64,000 nt of DNA, taken from Candidatus Heimdallarchaeota archaeon (lineage in GTDB: Archaea; Asgardarchaeota; Heimdallarchaeia; Heimdallarchaeales; Heimdallarchaeaceae). The position numbers and the translations under genes were made by a program. The DNA lies in the NCBI GenBank assembly GCA_016839945.1, contig JAEOTE010000027.1, positions 1-64,000 of the forward strand. The letters run 5' to 3'. Below the pieces are notes generated by a model, which worked only from the letters and a program-made list of their open reading frames with translations, made no database searches and was not told where the DNA came from. How positions within the stretch are numbered: position 1 is the first letter of the stretch; the number at the start of each line of letters is the position of its first letter. Of this stretch, positions 10,296 to 19,038 are shown one piece after another.

Positions 10296-11795
10296 TCATT
10301 TAAGTGTTTTGAATACCTTACCTTCATTGTGACACAAAAGCTCAATCGCATGTCTCCCTGAGTAGATTACAGTCTGAACGCCACCTGTTGTCATAGCCCA
10401 CTGTCCAGTCATATAGAAACAGTCCAACCCAGGAAGCTCTTTTTCAACACTTGCATAAAATGTTTTTGAACTAGGGAGGAATCCCATATACGCTCCTTTT
10501 TGATTAAGTGTATATCTCCAAAAAGTATATGGAGTTGCAACATCTGTAACCTCGATCTTCTTTGATATTCCTGGGTATCTCTTTTCTAACCATTTTATTA
10601 CTTGGTCTACTAGTTTGTTTTTTTCTTCATTATACCTTTTCTTATCCTTACTTAACTCAAACCAATATTCCCACTCAGTTTCAAAATCTACTTGAATAAC
10701 AGTTTTTCCTTCAGGAGCAAAAGAAGGACTATAATTGAAAAAACGAATCATTGTTAGAAACTTATCTTCATTTGCTACTTGTACAGGATTTGGAGTTTTA
10801 AAAAAAGTCATCCAGACTTCGTCTTTAAATTCCATATCTACTCCAAAACTTATGCAAACAAAAGGCTCTACAACCTTCCAATTTTTATATCTGTTTTTGA
10901 TTTTTTCATTAACATACTTGCCTTCAAGCATGTTAAATATAACATTATAACCATCTATTGCAGAGATAACAAAATCTGAATTGAAAGCACTTCCATCTTC
11001 TAGGATAACGCCAACTGCTTTGTCATCTTTGACTAGAATGTCATCTACTTGTGATCGATATTTAATCGTACCTCCCAACTCTAAAAACCTATTTTCTAGC
11101 TTCTTAACAAAATCAAAAGAACCTTTTTTTAGAACTCCTAATTGTTTTTGATATACAAAACTTAAAATCATCCATAGAAATGCTACTGGCACTTCAGGTA
11201 GGAACATATTAAGCAAAAGCTCCCTAAACATTGGATCTTTTATTTTTTCTACATAATCCTTTACTTCCATCAAAGATTTTCCAAGAAAATATCTGAGTGA
11301 TTTTCTATTTTGCCAAAATTCAACAATCCAATCTTTAGTTTTCATAAGTTCCATGGGTTTTTTGAAGCCAAATTCACTGATATCTGATTTTGCCATCCCT
11401 CGAATTCCCTTAATAAAGTGTTTGATAATTCTTTTATCCTTAGGAAAAAGTGAGAGTAAATCATTCTGAAATTTATCTAAATCAGCGGAAATATCTATAG
11501 ATCTTTGGCTTGTTTCATCAATATATCGAGCATATACTTCTAAGCCCACATATTCAGCTTTATGAGCACCCACTTCTTCAAATATCCTATAGAGAGAAAG
11601 GCCAGGCTTATATCCTGCTATGAAATGAATTCCACCATCAATTAAGTATTGTTTCCTTCTCCAACATGCAGCTAAACCACCTGGAACAGGATTTCTTTCA
11701 AAAATAGTCACATTGTAATCATTCATTAAAGCATAGATTCCGGTTGACAATCCACCTAATCCCCCTCCAATAACTATAATTGATCTCTTGCTCAT
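10296..11795 (-). CDS. Phytoene-dehydrogenase-like FAD/NAD(P) oxidoreductase (CrtI/COG1233-type)
   Basis: GGGLGGL dinucleotide fold, FERN..PGG, DVATP.TF.RYT.N.KGAY, C-terminal GQW..GGV. Confidence 0.85.
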   Translation of the reverse strand: MSKRSIIVIGGGLGGLSTGIYALMNDYNVTIFERNPVPGGLAACWRRKQYLIDGGIHFIAGYKPGLSLYRIFEEVGAHKAEYVGLEVYARYIDETSQRSIDISADLDKFQNDLLSLFPKDKRIIKHFIKGIRGMAKSDISEFGFKKPMELMKTKDWIVEFWQNRKSLRYFLGKSLMEVKDYVEKIKDPMFRELLLNMFLPEVPVAFLWMILSFVYQKQLGVLKKGSFDFVKKLENRFLELGGTIKYRSQVDDILVKDDKAVGVILEDGSAFNSDFVISAIDGYNVIFNMLEGKYVNEKIKNRYKNWKVVEPFVCISFGVDMEFKDEVWMTFFKTPNPVQVANEDKFLTMIRFFNYSPSFAPEGKTVIQVDFETEWEYWFELSKDKKRYNEEKNKLVDQVIKWLEKRYPGISKKIEVTDVATPYTFWRYTLNQKGAYMGFLPSSKTFYASVEKELPGLDCFYMTGQWAMTTGGVQTVIYSGRHAIELLCHNEGKVFKTLK

Positions 11796-11836
11796 TTTTT
11801 CACTCTAGTAAATAATGACTTTCAACTTAATAATTC

Positions 11837-13603
11837 TTATTCACTGATAATTGGATTTATTATTTGAAGATTATCTACATCGATCAGACCATGATCTGTT
11901 ATTTTTAAGTGGGGAATAACTGGGAGAGCTATAAAAGCTAAAGCCATGAAAGGTTCGGAGATTGATGGTTTCAATTCATCTAATGATTTAGTTAAAATCT
12001 TAAATTGTCCTACAACCTCTTTAAGTGGAAGAGAGCTCATGATACCTGCAAAATCTAATTGTAAAAGAGTTGTTTTCTCAGGAGTCACAATCACTTGACC
12101 GCCTTGAGATTCTTTTAGTTGCTTAATTGCAGCCAAGATTAAGTTATAGTCAGTTCCTGTGCAAATAAGCTGATGACTATCATGAGCAACAGTACTGGCA
12201 ATAGCTGAGTTTTTTAGACCTAATCCCTTAACAAAACCTTTCCCAACTTTTTTCTCTTTTGTATGTCTATTTACCACAAAAACAGGCAGAATATCTTTTT
12301 CAATATCAGGAAGCAAAACTCCATCTTTGACATTAACTGTATGTTGAATTTTCTCTGTAATAAGAGAGTTCTCCTGTATACCAATTACTCTAACAACAAC
12401 TTTCTCTTTATCTGACTTTATAACAAGATCATCAAACGAAGGTGTTTCTAGATTTGCCAGTGTATTGAAAATAAAACTAGGATATTCAGCTCTTTCCACT
12501 GGAATAATTAATTCTCCATTTCGAAAGATGATTTTACCATTAGATATCACTAGAGAAATATCAAAATCATACAGATTATTGACTACAACGATATCAGCTT
12601 TTTTTCCAGGAGCAATACCTCCTATTTGATTTTGAAGTCCAAGGTGTGTAGCTGTATTAATAGTCATCATCTGTAAAGCTTCTATTGGTTTGATGTCCAA
12701 ATTTATCATTTTCTTATATGAATAATCTAGATGTCCTTTTTCAAAAAGATCGATTGGATTTCTGTCATCAGAAGCAATTAATAGGTGTCTTGAATCTATT
12801 TTATTCAAATCCAGTTTTGAAAGAATATTTTGTAAATCTTTTGCAAAAGATCCTTCCCTTAATTGAAGCTTCATACCCAAACGTAATTTTTCTAGTGCTT
12901 CATCAACTGATGTTGCTTCATGGTCAGAACTAATACCTGCAGCGATATAAGTCTGTAATTCCTTTCCACTTAGAAGAGGAGCATGACCTTCAATCATTTT
13001 TCCTGCTTCTTTAGCAGAATTGATTTTATTGACTACATCACCAAATCCATTTATTACTCCCGGATAATTCATCATTTCAGCTAGAGCAAAGATTTCCTTT
13101 TGTTTTATTAGTTCACTAATTTCTTCAGCTGATAGAACAGCTCCTGATGTTTCAAAACCTGGTAATGAAGGAACACAAGAAGGAAGCTCAATTAGAAAGG
13201 TAATAGGAGATTTTGATGCTTCAGAAATCAATAATTCCAATCCTTTCTTTCCAGTTATATTTACTAATTCATGTGGATCAATTACAACTGTGGTAGTCCC
13301 ATGTGGTATAACAGCTTTAGCAAATTCTGTTAATGTTAACATTGATGATTCTATATGTATATGAGATTCAATCAGTCCAGGACAAATAATACTTCCAGAA
13401 ACATCAATAACCTCAGTTTCTGTATCCTCAAAATCTATACTTAATAATCCTACATGTACTATTCTTCCTTTGGTTATAACAACATCAGCTTTAATGAGTT
13501 CTCTAGTATAGACATTGACAACTTCCCCTCCACTAAGAATTATGTCTGCTTTTATCTTTCCAGAAGCAGCATTGATTATCTCATGTGTATCCAAATCTAC
13601 CAC
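11837..13603 (-). CDS. ade: Adenine deaminase
   Basis: HIHIESSM, DPHEL, EMMNYPGV, EGHAP, DHEA, DD, STVAHDSH, LPVIPHLKITD. Confidence 0.95.
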   Translation of the reverse strand: MVDLDTHEIINAASGKIKADIILSGGEVVNVYTRELIKADVVITKGRIVHVGLLSIDFEDTETEVIDVSGSIICPGLIESHIHIESSMLTLTEFAKAVIPHGTTTVVIDPHELVNITGKKGLELLISEASKSPITFLIELPSCVPSLPGFETSGAVLSAEEISELIKQKEIFALAEMMNYPGVINGFGDVVNKINSAKEAGKMIEGHAPLLSGKELQTYIAAGISSDHEATSVDEALEKLRLGMKLQLREGSFAKDLQNILSKLDLNKIDSRHLLIASDDRNPIDLFEKGHLDYSYKKMINLDIKPIEALQMMTINTATHLGLQNQIGGIAPGKKADIVVVNNLYDFDISLVISNGKIIFRNGELIIPVERAEYPSFIFNTLANLETPSFDDLVIKSDKEKVVVRVIGIQENSLITEKIQHTVNVKDGVLLPDIEKDILPVFVVNRHTKEKKVGKGFVKGLGLKNSAIASTVAHDSHQLICTGTDYNLILAAIKQLKESQGGQVIVTPEKTTLLQLDFAGIMSSLPLKEVVGQFKILTKSLDELKPSISEPFMALAFIALPVIPHLKITDHGLIDVDNLQIINPIISE

Positions 13604-13703
13604 ACATTAGACTAATTAACTTAAGATAAAAAGGTTAGGGATAAACTAATGCAGAGATTGAGGAAGGTTTTTATTAAACTCTAGCGGATATTTTACTGAT
13701 AGT

Positions 13704-14564
13704 TTGAAAATCAAAGTTGTTTCAGATTCTGCAATGGATTTACCAATGGAAATTATAAAAAAGAACAATGTTTCAGTAGTTGCTCATATTGTTCACTTTG
13801 AAGATGAAGAAATGAAAATAGGAATAGAGATATCGGTAAAAGATTACTACAAAAAAATGAAGGAAATGAAAGAAATTCCAAAAAATGCTCCTCCTACTCC
13901 TCAAGATTTTTATGATGTCTTTCAAGCATGTTTTGAAGAGGAGAAATCAGAACATATTGTCTATGTTGGAGTTTCAGAGAAACTATCATCAACTGTAAAT
14001 GTTGCTAGAATTGCATCAAGGAAATTCGAAAAAGGAATAACAATTTTTAATACAGAATCAGCTTCTGGAGTAGAAGGATTAATGGTTCTAGCAATTACTA
14101 AACTTCTGAAGAAAGGAAAATCATTAACCGAGATCTTGGAATTTATGGAGAAATTAAAAGAAGAATATATCTTGAGTGTTGGTTTCCATACCTTAGAGAA
14201 TGTTCACAAATCTGGAAGACTAAAATCAAAATTTATTCTCAATCTTACCAAAATTATGGGAATAAAACCAATCGCTATTATGGAGTTACCTGGAGTTCTG
14301 AAATCAACATTACCCGGTTTTTTCACAGAGAAATCAATGGAAAAAAGAATAATCAAAACTGTAATGAAAAAAGCAAAAAGAGATAGAACATATGATATGG
14401 TAATTTCTCATGTAGAAAACTCAAAAGGCTCCCAAAGAATAGCAAAAAAAATAATAAAAAATCTGAACATAAAAGAACATTATACTACAGAAGCATCTCC
14501 AGTTGTAGGAACAAATACAGGAGAAGGAACAATCATAGTATCACTTCTACCATCAATTAAGTAA
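13704..14564 (+). CDS. DegV/FakB family fatty-acid-binding protein (copy 1)
   Basis: VVSDSAMDLP, SEKLSST, SGRL, IKPI, C-terminal SPVVGTNTGEG. Confidence 0.88.
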   Translation: MKIKVVSDSAMDLPMEIIKKNNVSVVAHIVHFEDEEMKIGIEISVKDYYKKMKEMKEIPKNAPPTPQDFYDVFQACFEEEKSEHIVYVGVSEKLSSTVNVARIASRKFEKGITIFNTESASGVEGLMVLAITKLLKKGKSLTEILEFMEKLKEEYILSVGFHTLENVHKSGRLKSKFILNLTKIMGIKPIAIMELPGVLKSTLPGFFTEKSMEKRIIKTVMKKAKRDRTYDMVISHVENSKGSQRIAKKIIKNLNIKEHYTTEASPVVGTNTGEGTIIVSLLPSIK

Positions 14565-14587
14565 TCATAAAAAAAAATTAATAAGAA

Positions 14588-15430
14588 CTACTTCTTTCGA
14601 TTTTCTAGAAAAACATTAATTCTCTTTGCTATCTCTTCTTCTTTTCCTTCATGAACTCTATGCATTTGTGTTTTAATTTGATTTACTTCTGATTCTTTGA
14701 GTACTAAAAACTTTTGAGCTTTTTCTGGTCCAATAAAATGGTCTTTTTCAGAAACGAACATTTGAATTGGTATATCAATTTCACTCTGTCTCCCTCTTAT
14801 ATCAAATGGATGAATAAATTCAACAACAAACCTTCTTAGACTCCAGTCATCATTTTTCTTCAATCTCTCTGCTGCCCAAGTCACATTTGCTGAATCACCT
14901 GTTCCTCTGATTTTTAAATAAAATCTATAGAGAGCAATAATCATTTTTTGAACAAAGGTCATTATAAATGTTGGAATCCAACCTAAGACTGGTAACCAGA
15001 AAGGAGTTCCATAATGCTCTTGAGGACTGAAAACTATCAATGTATGAGGTTTAGGTCCTTCCCCATCTAGACAATATTGAAAACTTTGAGATCCTCCACT
15101 GCAACTTCCAAGAATTATAAAATCCTTATCTTCAAAATTCAAATGCTTTATTAATATGGAAAGCTCAATGTTGTAATCATTTGGATTGAAATAACCTTTT
15201 TTGTGAGTAGTAATAGTTTTTCCGAAACCTCTAGGTTCGTAAAGAGTAACATTGCTATAGTATTGCAAAGCTTTGGCTATATTTGTGAAGTTATCAATTG
15301 CACTAAGCCATCCAGGGATTAATATAATGTTACGATGAGAATATTTCTCGTTAATGCAAGGAAATTTAGCTATTCTTACCTGAAATTCTGGTTTCTCTTT
15401 AACTTTGACATATTCAATAGTTGGTTCCAT
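14588..15430 (-). CDS. Alpha/beta hydrolase, G-S-C-x-G family (copy 1)
   Basis: PGWLS, YEPRGFGK, elbow GSCSGG, EKDHF, HRV. Confidence 0.85.
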   Translation of the reverse strand: MEPTIEYVKVKEKPEFQVRIAKFPCINEKYSHRNIILIPGWLSAIDNFTNIAKALQYYSNVTLYEPRGFGKTITTHKKGYFNPNDYNIELSILIKHLNFEDKDFIILGSCSGGSQSFQYCLDGEGPKPHTLIVFSPQEHYGTPFWLPVLGWIPTFIMTFVQKMIIALYRFYLKIRGTGDSANVTWAAERLKKNDDWSLRRFVVEFIHPFDIRGRQSEIDIPIQMFVSEKDHFIGPEKAQKFLVLKESEVNQIKTQMHRVHEGKEEEIAKRINVFLENRKK

Positions 15431-15490
15431 TATACCAATTTGAAAATATATACATTTATCTGTTTCTGAAGAGAAAAAGAAAAAGAGAGA

Positions 15491-16162
15491 TTATTTGTCA
15501 GGATTCTCTTTGTGGCATAACCACCAATCTAAGCATTCAATACTTTCATCAGCAAGACGTTCTTTTGCTGTCTCAACATCACTTGCAGGAGGTATTATTA
15601 CATGGTCTCCAAAAAGCTCGTTGTCAGGCCAATTTGCAGGCATGGCAACATCATATTTAGTAGCTACTTTCAAACCCTTAATCATTCTTAGAATCTCTTT
15701 CATATTACGACCAAGTTCTGAAGGATAGTAGAGAATAGCTCTAACAATTCCTTTAGGATCAAGAATAAAAACAGCTCTAACTGTATTGGATGATTTTGGA
15801 TGGATCATCCCTAATCTTTTTGCTATCTCTCCATGATCTGCAATTATTGGGAATTTTATTTCTTCACCAATGTTCTCTTTAATCCAATCAACCCATTTAA
15901 TGTGACTAAAAACTTGATCAATGCTTAATCCAAGAAGTTCAACATTCATTGATTTAAATTCATCGTAATGTTTCTGAAAAGAAACAAATTCAGTTGTACA
16001 TACTGGAGTATAATCTGCAGGATGACTGAATAGAATAAGCCAATGTCCTGTGTAATCTCCTGGCAATTTCTTCATTCCATGAGTGGTTTGTACAACCATT
16101 TTTGGAAATGGAGTGCCTATTAGTGGGATTTTTCCTGTTTCTTCATATTCTTTTTGAGTCAA
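15491..16162 (-). CDS. Peroxiredoxin (archaeal Prx6/TDXH type)
   Basis: [30 protein letters not shown]-terminal CLDWWLC. Confidence 0.95.
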   Translation of the reverse strand: MTQKEYEETGKIPLIGTPFPKMVVQTTHGMKKLPGDYTGHWLILFSHPADYTPVCTTEFVSFQKHYDEFKSMNVELLGLSIDQVFSHIKWVDWIKENIGEEIKFPIIADHGEIAKRLGMIHPKSSNTVRAVFILDPKGIVRAILYYPSELGRNMKEILRMIKGLKVATKYDVAMPANWPDNELFGDHVIIPPASDVETAKERLADESIECLDWWLCHKENPDK

Positions 16163-16332
16163 TTATATCACTAATCAAACGTTCAAAGAATCTTTTTAAA
16201 TCTTTTATTTTTACAAAAAATCTTACTGTAGTCTTTGTAATTATATTAAATACAGAAGGTTGTATAATATAGATATTATTCACGTTTTTAAAAGAAGAAT
16301 CAATTCTTCTAAAATTAGCAAGGTGTATTCCT

Positions 16333-16599
16333 ATGACATTTGAGGTAATAGATAAAATTTGTAATGAGCATAAAATGACAAAAATACCATTATTAAATTC
16401 AATAGAAATTAAAGGTGACAAAATTTTCTTATTTAAAGAGAAGCTTGATAGTGAGCTTCTGAAAACATACAAATATGACAAAATTACATCTAAGAAAGAA
16501 CCTTTTACTATTGAAGATATTGATGGAGTTTTAGGAGAATTAAGAAATTACTTCAAAGAGAAGATGATTATATTCTATAAAAGTTCAAAAAAGATATAG
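16333..16599 (+). CDS. Small hypothetical protein
   Basis: 88-aa ORF filling the gap between genes, with host-like codon usage; no motif. Confidence 0.45.
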   Translation: MTFEVIDKICNEHKMTKIPLLNSIEIKGDKIFLFKEKLDSELLKTYKYDKITSKKEPFTIEDIDGVLGELRNYFKEKMIIFYKSSKKI

Positions 16600-16620
16600 T
16601 ATCACAATTTTAAATTGCAA

Positions 16621-17220
16621 TTAGTAAAAAACATCTTCTCCTTCTTTTGCAACTTCTTCTTCTCTAGCGATAATAGACCTTATCAGTCCATGAATAACAT
16701 TAAATCTTGGAACTTTTTTCATGTATAATCGATAGGGGTAACCATAAGATTCTTGGAAGAGACTGTCTTTTTCATAAGAAGAGAGAAAGAAAGAGATTAC
16801 AGCCATAATTGATAAAACATTAGATAATATTGAATTTATTAGAAAGATTAGAGAGAAGGATGCTATAATTATCCCTAGTGTTATTGGGTGTCTTACATAA
16901 GCAAAAATCATTAAATTTTTGAATTTGTTAAGATTGGTTGTTCCTTTTCTTTTTATCCATCTTCTGTGTGATGTAAGAATACCTAATAGTATCATGATTA
17001 TCGCTAACAGTGCCAGTGAAGCAGCTATTATTGTGTAGTATGGTAGTTCAGTATACTCACCTATTGTCTCAGGTAGACTCAGTGAGAGTATAATGAACAA
17101 CAAACCTATAGCTTGGAAAGTTTCATATCGAATACTTTTGAAAACTGAATGAATGAACCACAATAAAGCTACAAGGGAGAGGAAACCAATAGCTATCCAA
17201 AACCACACTTCATCTATCAC
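16621..17220 (-). CDS. ICMT/PEMT-like membrane methyltransferase
   Basis: Multi-TM; YVRHP..LG and YG..Y..Y.KKVPRF motifs. Confidence 0.8.
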   Translation of the reverse strand: MIDEVWFWIAIGFLSLVALLWFIHSVFKSIRYETFQAIGLLFIILSLSLPETIGEYTELPYYTIIAASLALLAIIMILLGILTSHRRWIKRKGTTNLNKFKNLMIFAYVRHPITLGIIIASFSLIFLINSILSNVLSIMAVISFFLSSYEKDSLFQESYGYPYRLYMKKVPRFNVIHGLIRSIIAREEEVAKEGEDVFY

Positions 17221-17311
17221 AAGTGTATATTTGTATAGCTACTTATTGAATTTTTCTGCTATTAAAAATTCTTTTAAATGAAAGTATATCCATAATAACA
17301 GAGAATGGAAA

Positions 17312-18034
17312 ATGTCTTCAAAACAGAATGTAGGATTTCTACTAATTCATGGATTTACAGGAACTCACTACGAAATGCAACCTTTAGCTGATTTTCTTAT
17401 AGAAAAAGGTTTTACTGTAGAAAACATAACCTTACCAGGACATGAAACAACAGAAGAAGACCTAATTACTAAAAAATGGACAGAATTTACAGATTCTGCT
17501 CAAAAAGAGTTAGACAGATTAAAAGAAAAATGCGAAAAGGTTTTTGTCTGTGGACTTTCAATGGGTGGTGCAATTACTTTATATCTAGGTGCAACAAATC
17601 CTGACATTAATGGCGCTATTCCTATGGCAGCTGTTTGCAAACCTCCTGATTGGAGAATGTATTTCTTAGCTATTCCATTTGTACATCATATTTATCCTAA
17701 GTATAGAAATACTGAAAGTGGTTGGGAGGATTTACAAGCTTTGGAAACTCACAAAAGCTATGAAAATTATCCTATTAAATCAGTTAGTCAGCTTTTTTGG
17801 ATGATTAGAAAAGTAAAGAAACTAACGAAGAAAATAGAAATCCCAATTTTAGTAGTACACAGTAAGAAGGATCTAAGTGTTCCAAAAAAACAAGCTGAAT
17901 GGATATTCAATAATGTTCAATCTAAAGATAAAGAAATTGTAGAAATTGTCAAAGGAGGACATGTAATTCCTAAAGATGCAGGTAGGTTTCAGCTTTTTGA
18001 AGCTGTTGAGAAATGGATAGAAAAAAGGATATAA
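17312..18034 (+). CDS. Carboxylesterase / monoacylglycerol-lipase-like Ser hydrolase
   Basis: HGFTG, LPGH, elbow GLSMGG, D (KKDLSV), H (GGHV). Confidence 0.9.
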   Translation: MSSKQNVGFLLIHGFTGTHYEMQPLADFLIEKGFTVENITLPGHETTEEDLITKKWTEFTDSAQKELDRLKEKCEKVFVCGLSMGGAITLYLGATNPDINGAIPMAAVCKPPDWRMYFLAIPFVHHIYPKYRNTESGWEDLQALETHKSYENYPIKSVSQLFWMIRKVKKLTKKIEIPILVVHSKKDLSVPKKQAEWIFNNVQSKDKEIVEIVKGGHVIPKDAGRFQLFEAVEKWIEKRI

Positions 18035-18039
18035 TAAAA

Positions 18040-18891
18040 CTAAAAACTATTAACTGCTTCTTTTATTGCATCATAGCATTTGTCTAGGAGTAAATTCATT
18101 CTTTCTTGTTCAACTTCATAAGGGAATTTAGGTAGATCAGATCTTTCTAACAATTCTTCCTTTGTTGTTTCATCAACCACTAAATCCTCTATTTTCTTTA
18201 CTAGAAGCTCTAGATACTTTTGCTGAATTTCTAGTTCTTCTTTATATGTTATTGGTCCATGTCCTGGAACTACTTTCTTTGGTGTTAAATAGATCATTTG
18301 TGTGTATGCATCAATCCATAGATAAGGGTCTACTGTTGGATCTCCTCCATATGGGAACATCTCTGAAAAAAGTAAATCTCCTGCAATTATTACTTCATCT
18401 TTTGGAACATAAACATAACAACTTCCTTTGCAATGTCCATGAGTTTCGATAATCTCTACTTGTTCATCGTTTTCTTTTATAACATAATCTCCTACAAAGG
18501 TTTTAGTGGGTAGTGTAAGTTCCAAATCTTGCCATTTTTCCTTAAATTCAGGATTCTCCGAAAGAAAATTAGCTATTTTCTCTTCTGTCCAATTTTCTGC
18601 AAAATCTTTCTCCATCATCTTTTGAGTATCAACTGTAGCGATGATTTCGCAATCCTTGAAAACTTGATTACCACAAATATGATCATAATGATAATGGGTT
18701 AAAACTAGATACTTGATAGGGACTCCCATGATTTTTTCAGCTGCATCTCTTGCATTCTTAGCAGAGATAGGATCTAATCCACTATCAACCATTATTCCAA
18801 TGTTCTTTAATTTAATAGAAGCCACATTACATCTAGTTTCTCCTTTTGTATGAGCCCAAACATTATCTGAAACTTGTTCAAGTTCAACCAT
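18040..18891 (-). CDS. MBL-fold metallo-hydrolase (cyclase-like)
   Basis: THYHYDH, GH, AGDLLF, VPGHG. Confidence 0.9.
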   Translation of the reverse strand: MVELEQVSDNVWAHTKGETRCNVASIKLKNIGIMVDSGLDPISAKNARDAAEKIMGVPIKYLVLTHYHYDHICGNQVFKDCEIIATVDTQKMMEKDFAENWTEEKIANFLSENPEFKEKWQDLELTLPTKTFVGDYVIKENDEQVEIIETHGHCKGSCYVYVPKDEVIIAGDLLFSEMFPYGGDPTVDPYLWIDAYTQMIYLTPKKVVPGHGPITYKEELEIQQKYLELLVKKIEDLVVDETTKEELLERSDLPKFPYEVEQERMNLLLDKCYDAIKEAVNSF

Positions 18892-19038
18892 TAAAATCAA
18901 AGAATGAATTTATTGGTTGAATAAATAGTTTTCTGAAAAATTATAAATTTCACAATTTCAACGAGAAACAACATATTGATTGATTTAGTATCATTTTATA
19001 TATTGCAGAAAATTAAAAAAATAGAAGAACTAGTCAAA

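Noticed and set aside
14588-15430. PHA synthase (PhaC) call based on GSCSGG
   Set aside because: At 280 aa it lacks other PhaC hallmarks that I could recognise, and no phaE/phaA/phaB genes are nearby. It is kept only as a mechanistic analogy.
16621-17220. ICMT acting on the Rab-like GTPase (prenylation pathway)
   Set aside because: The GTPase has no CAAX/CC tail, and ICMT/PEMT-like proteins are widespread in prokaryotes.
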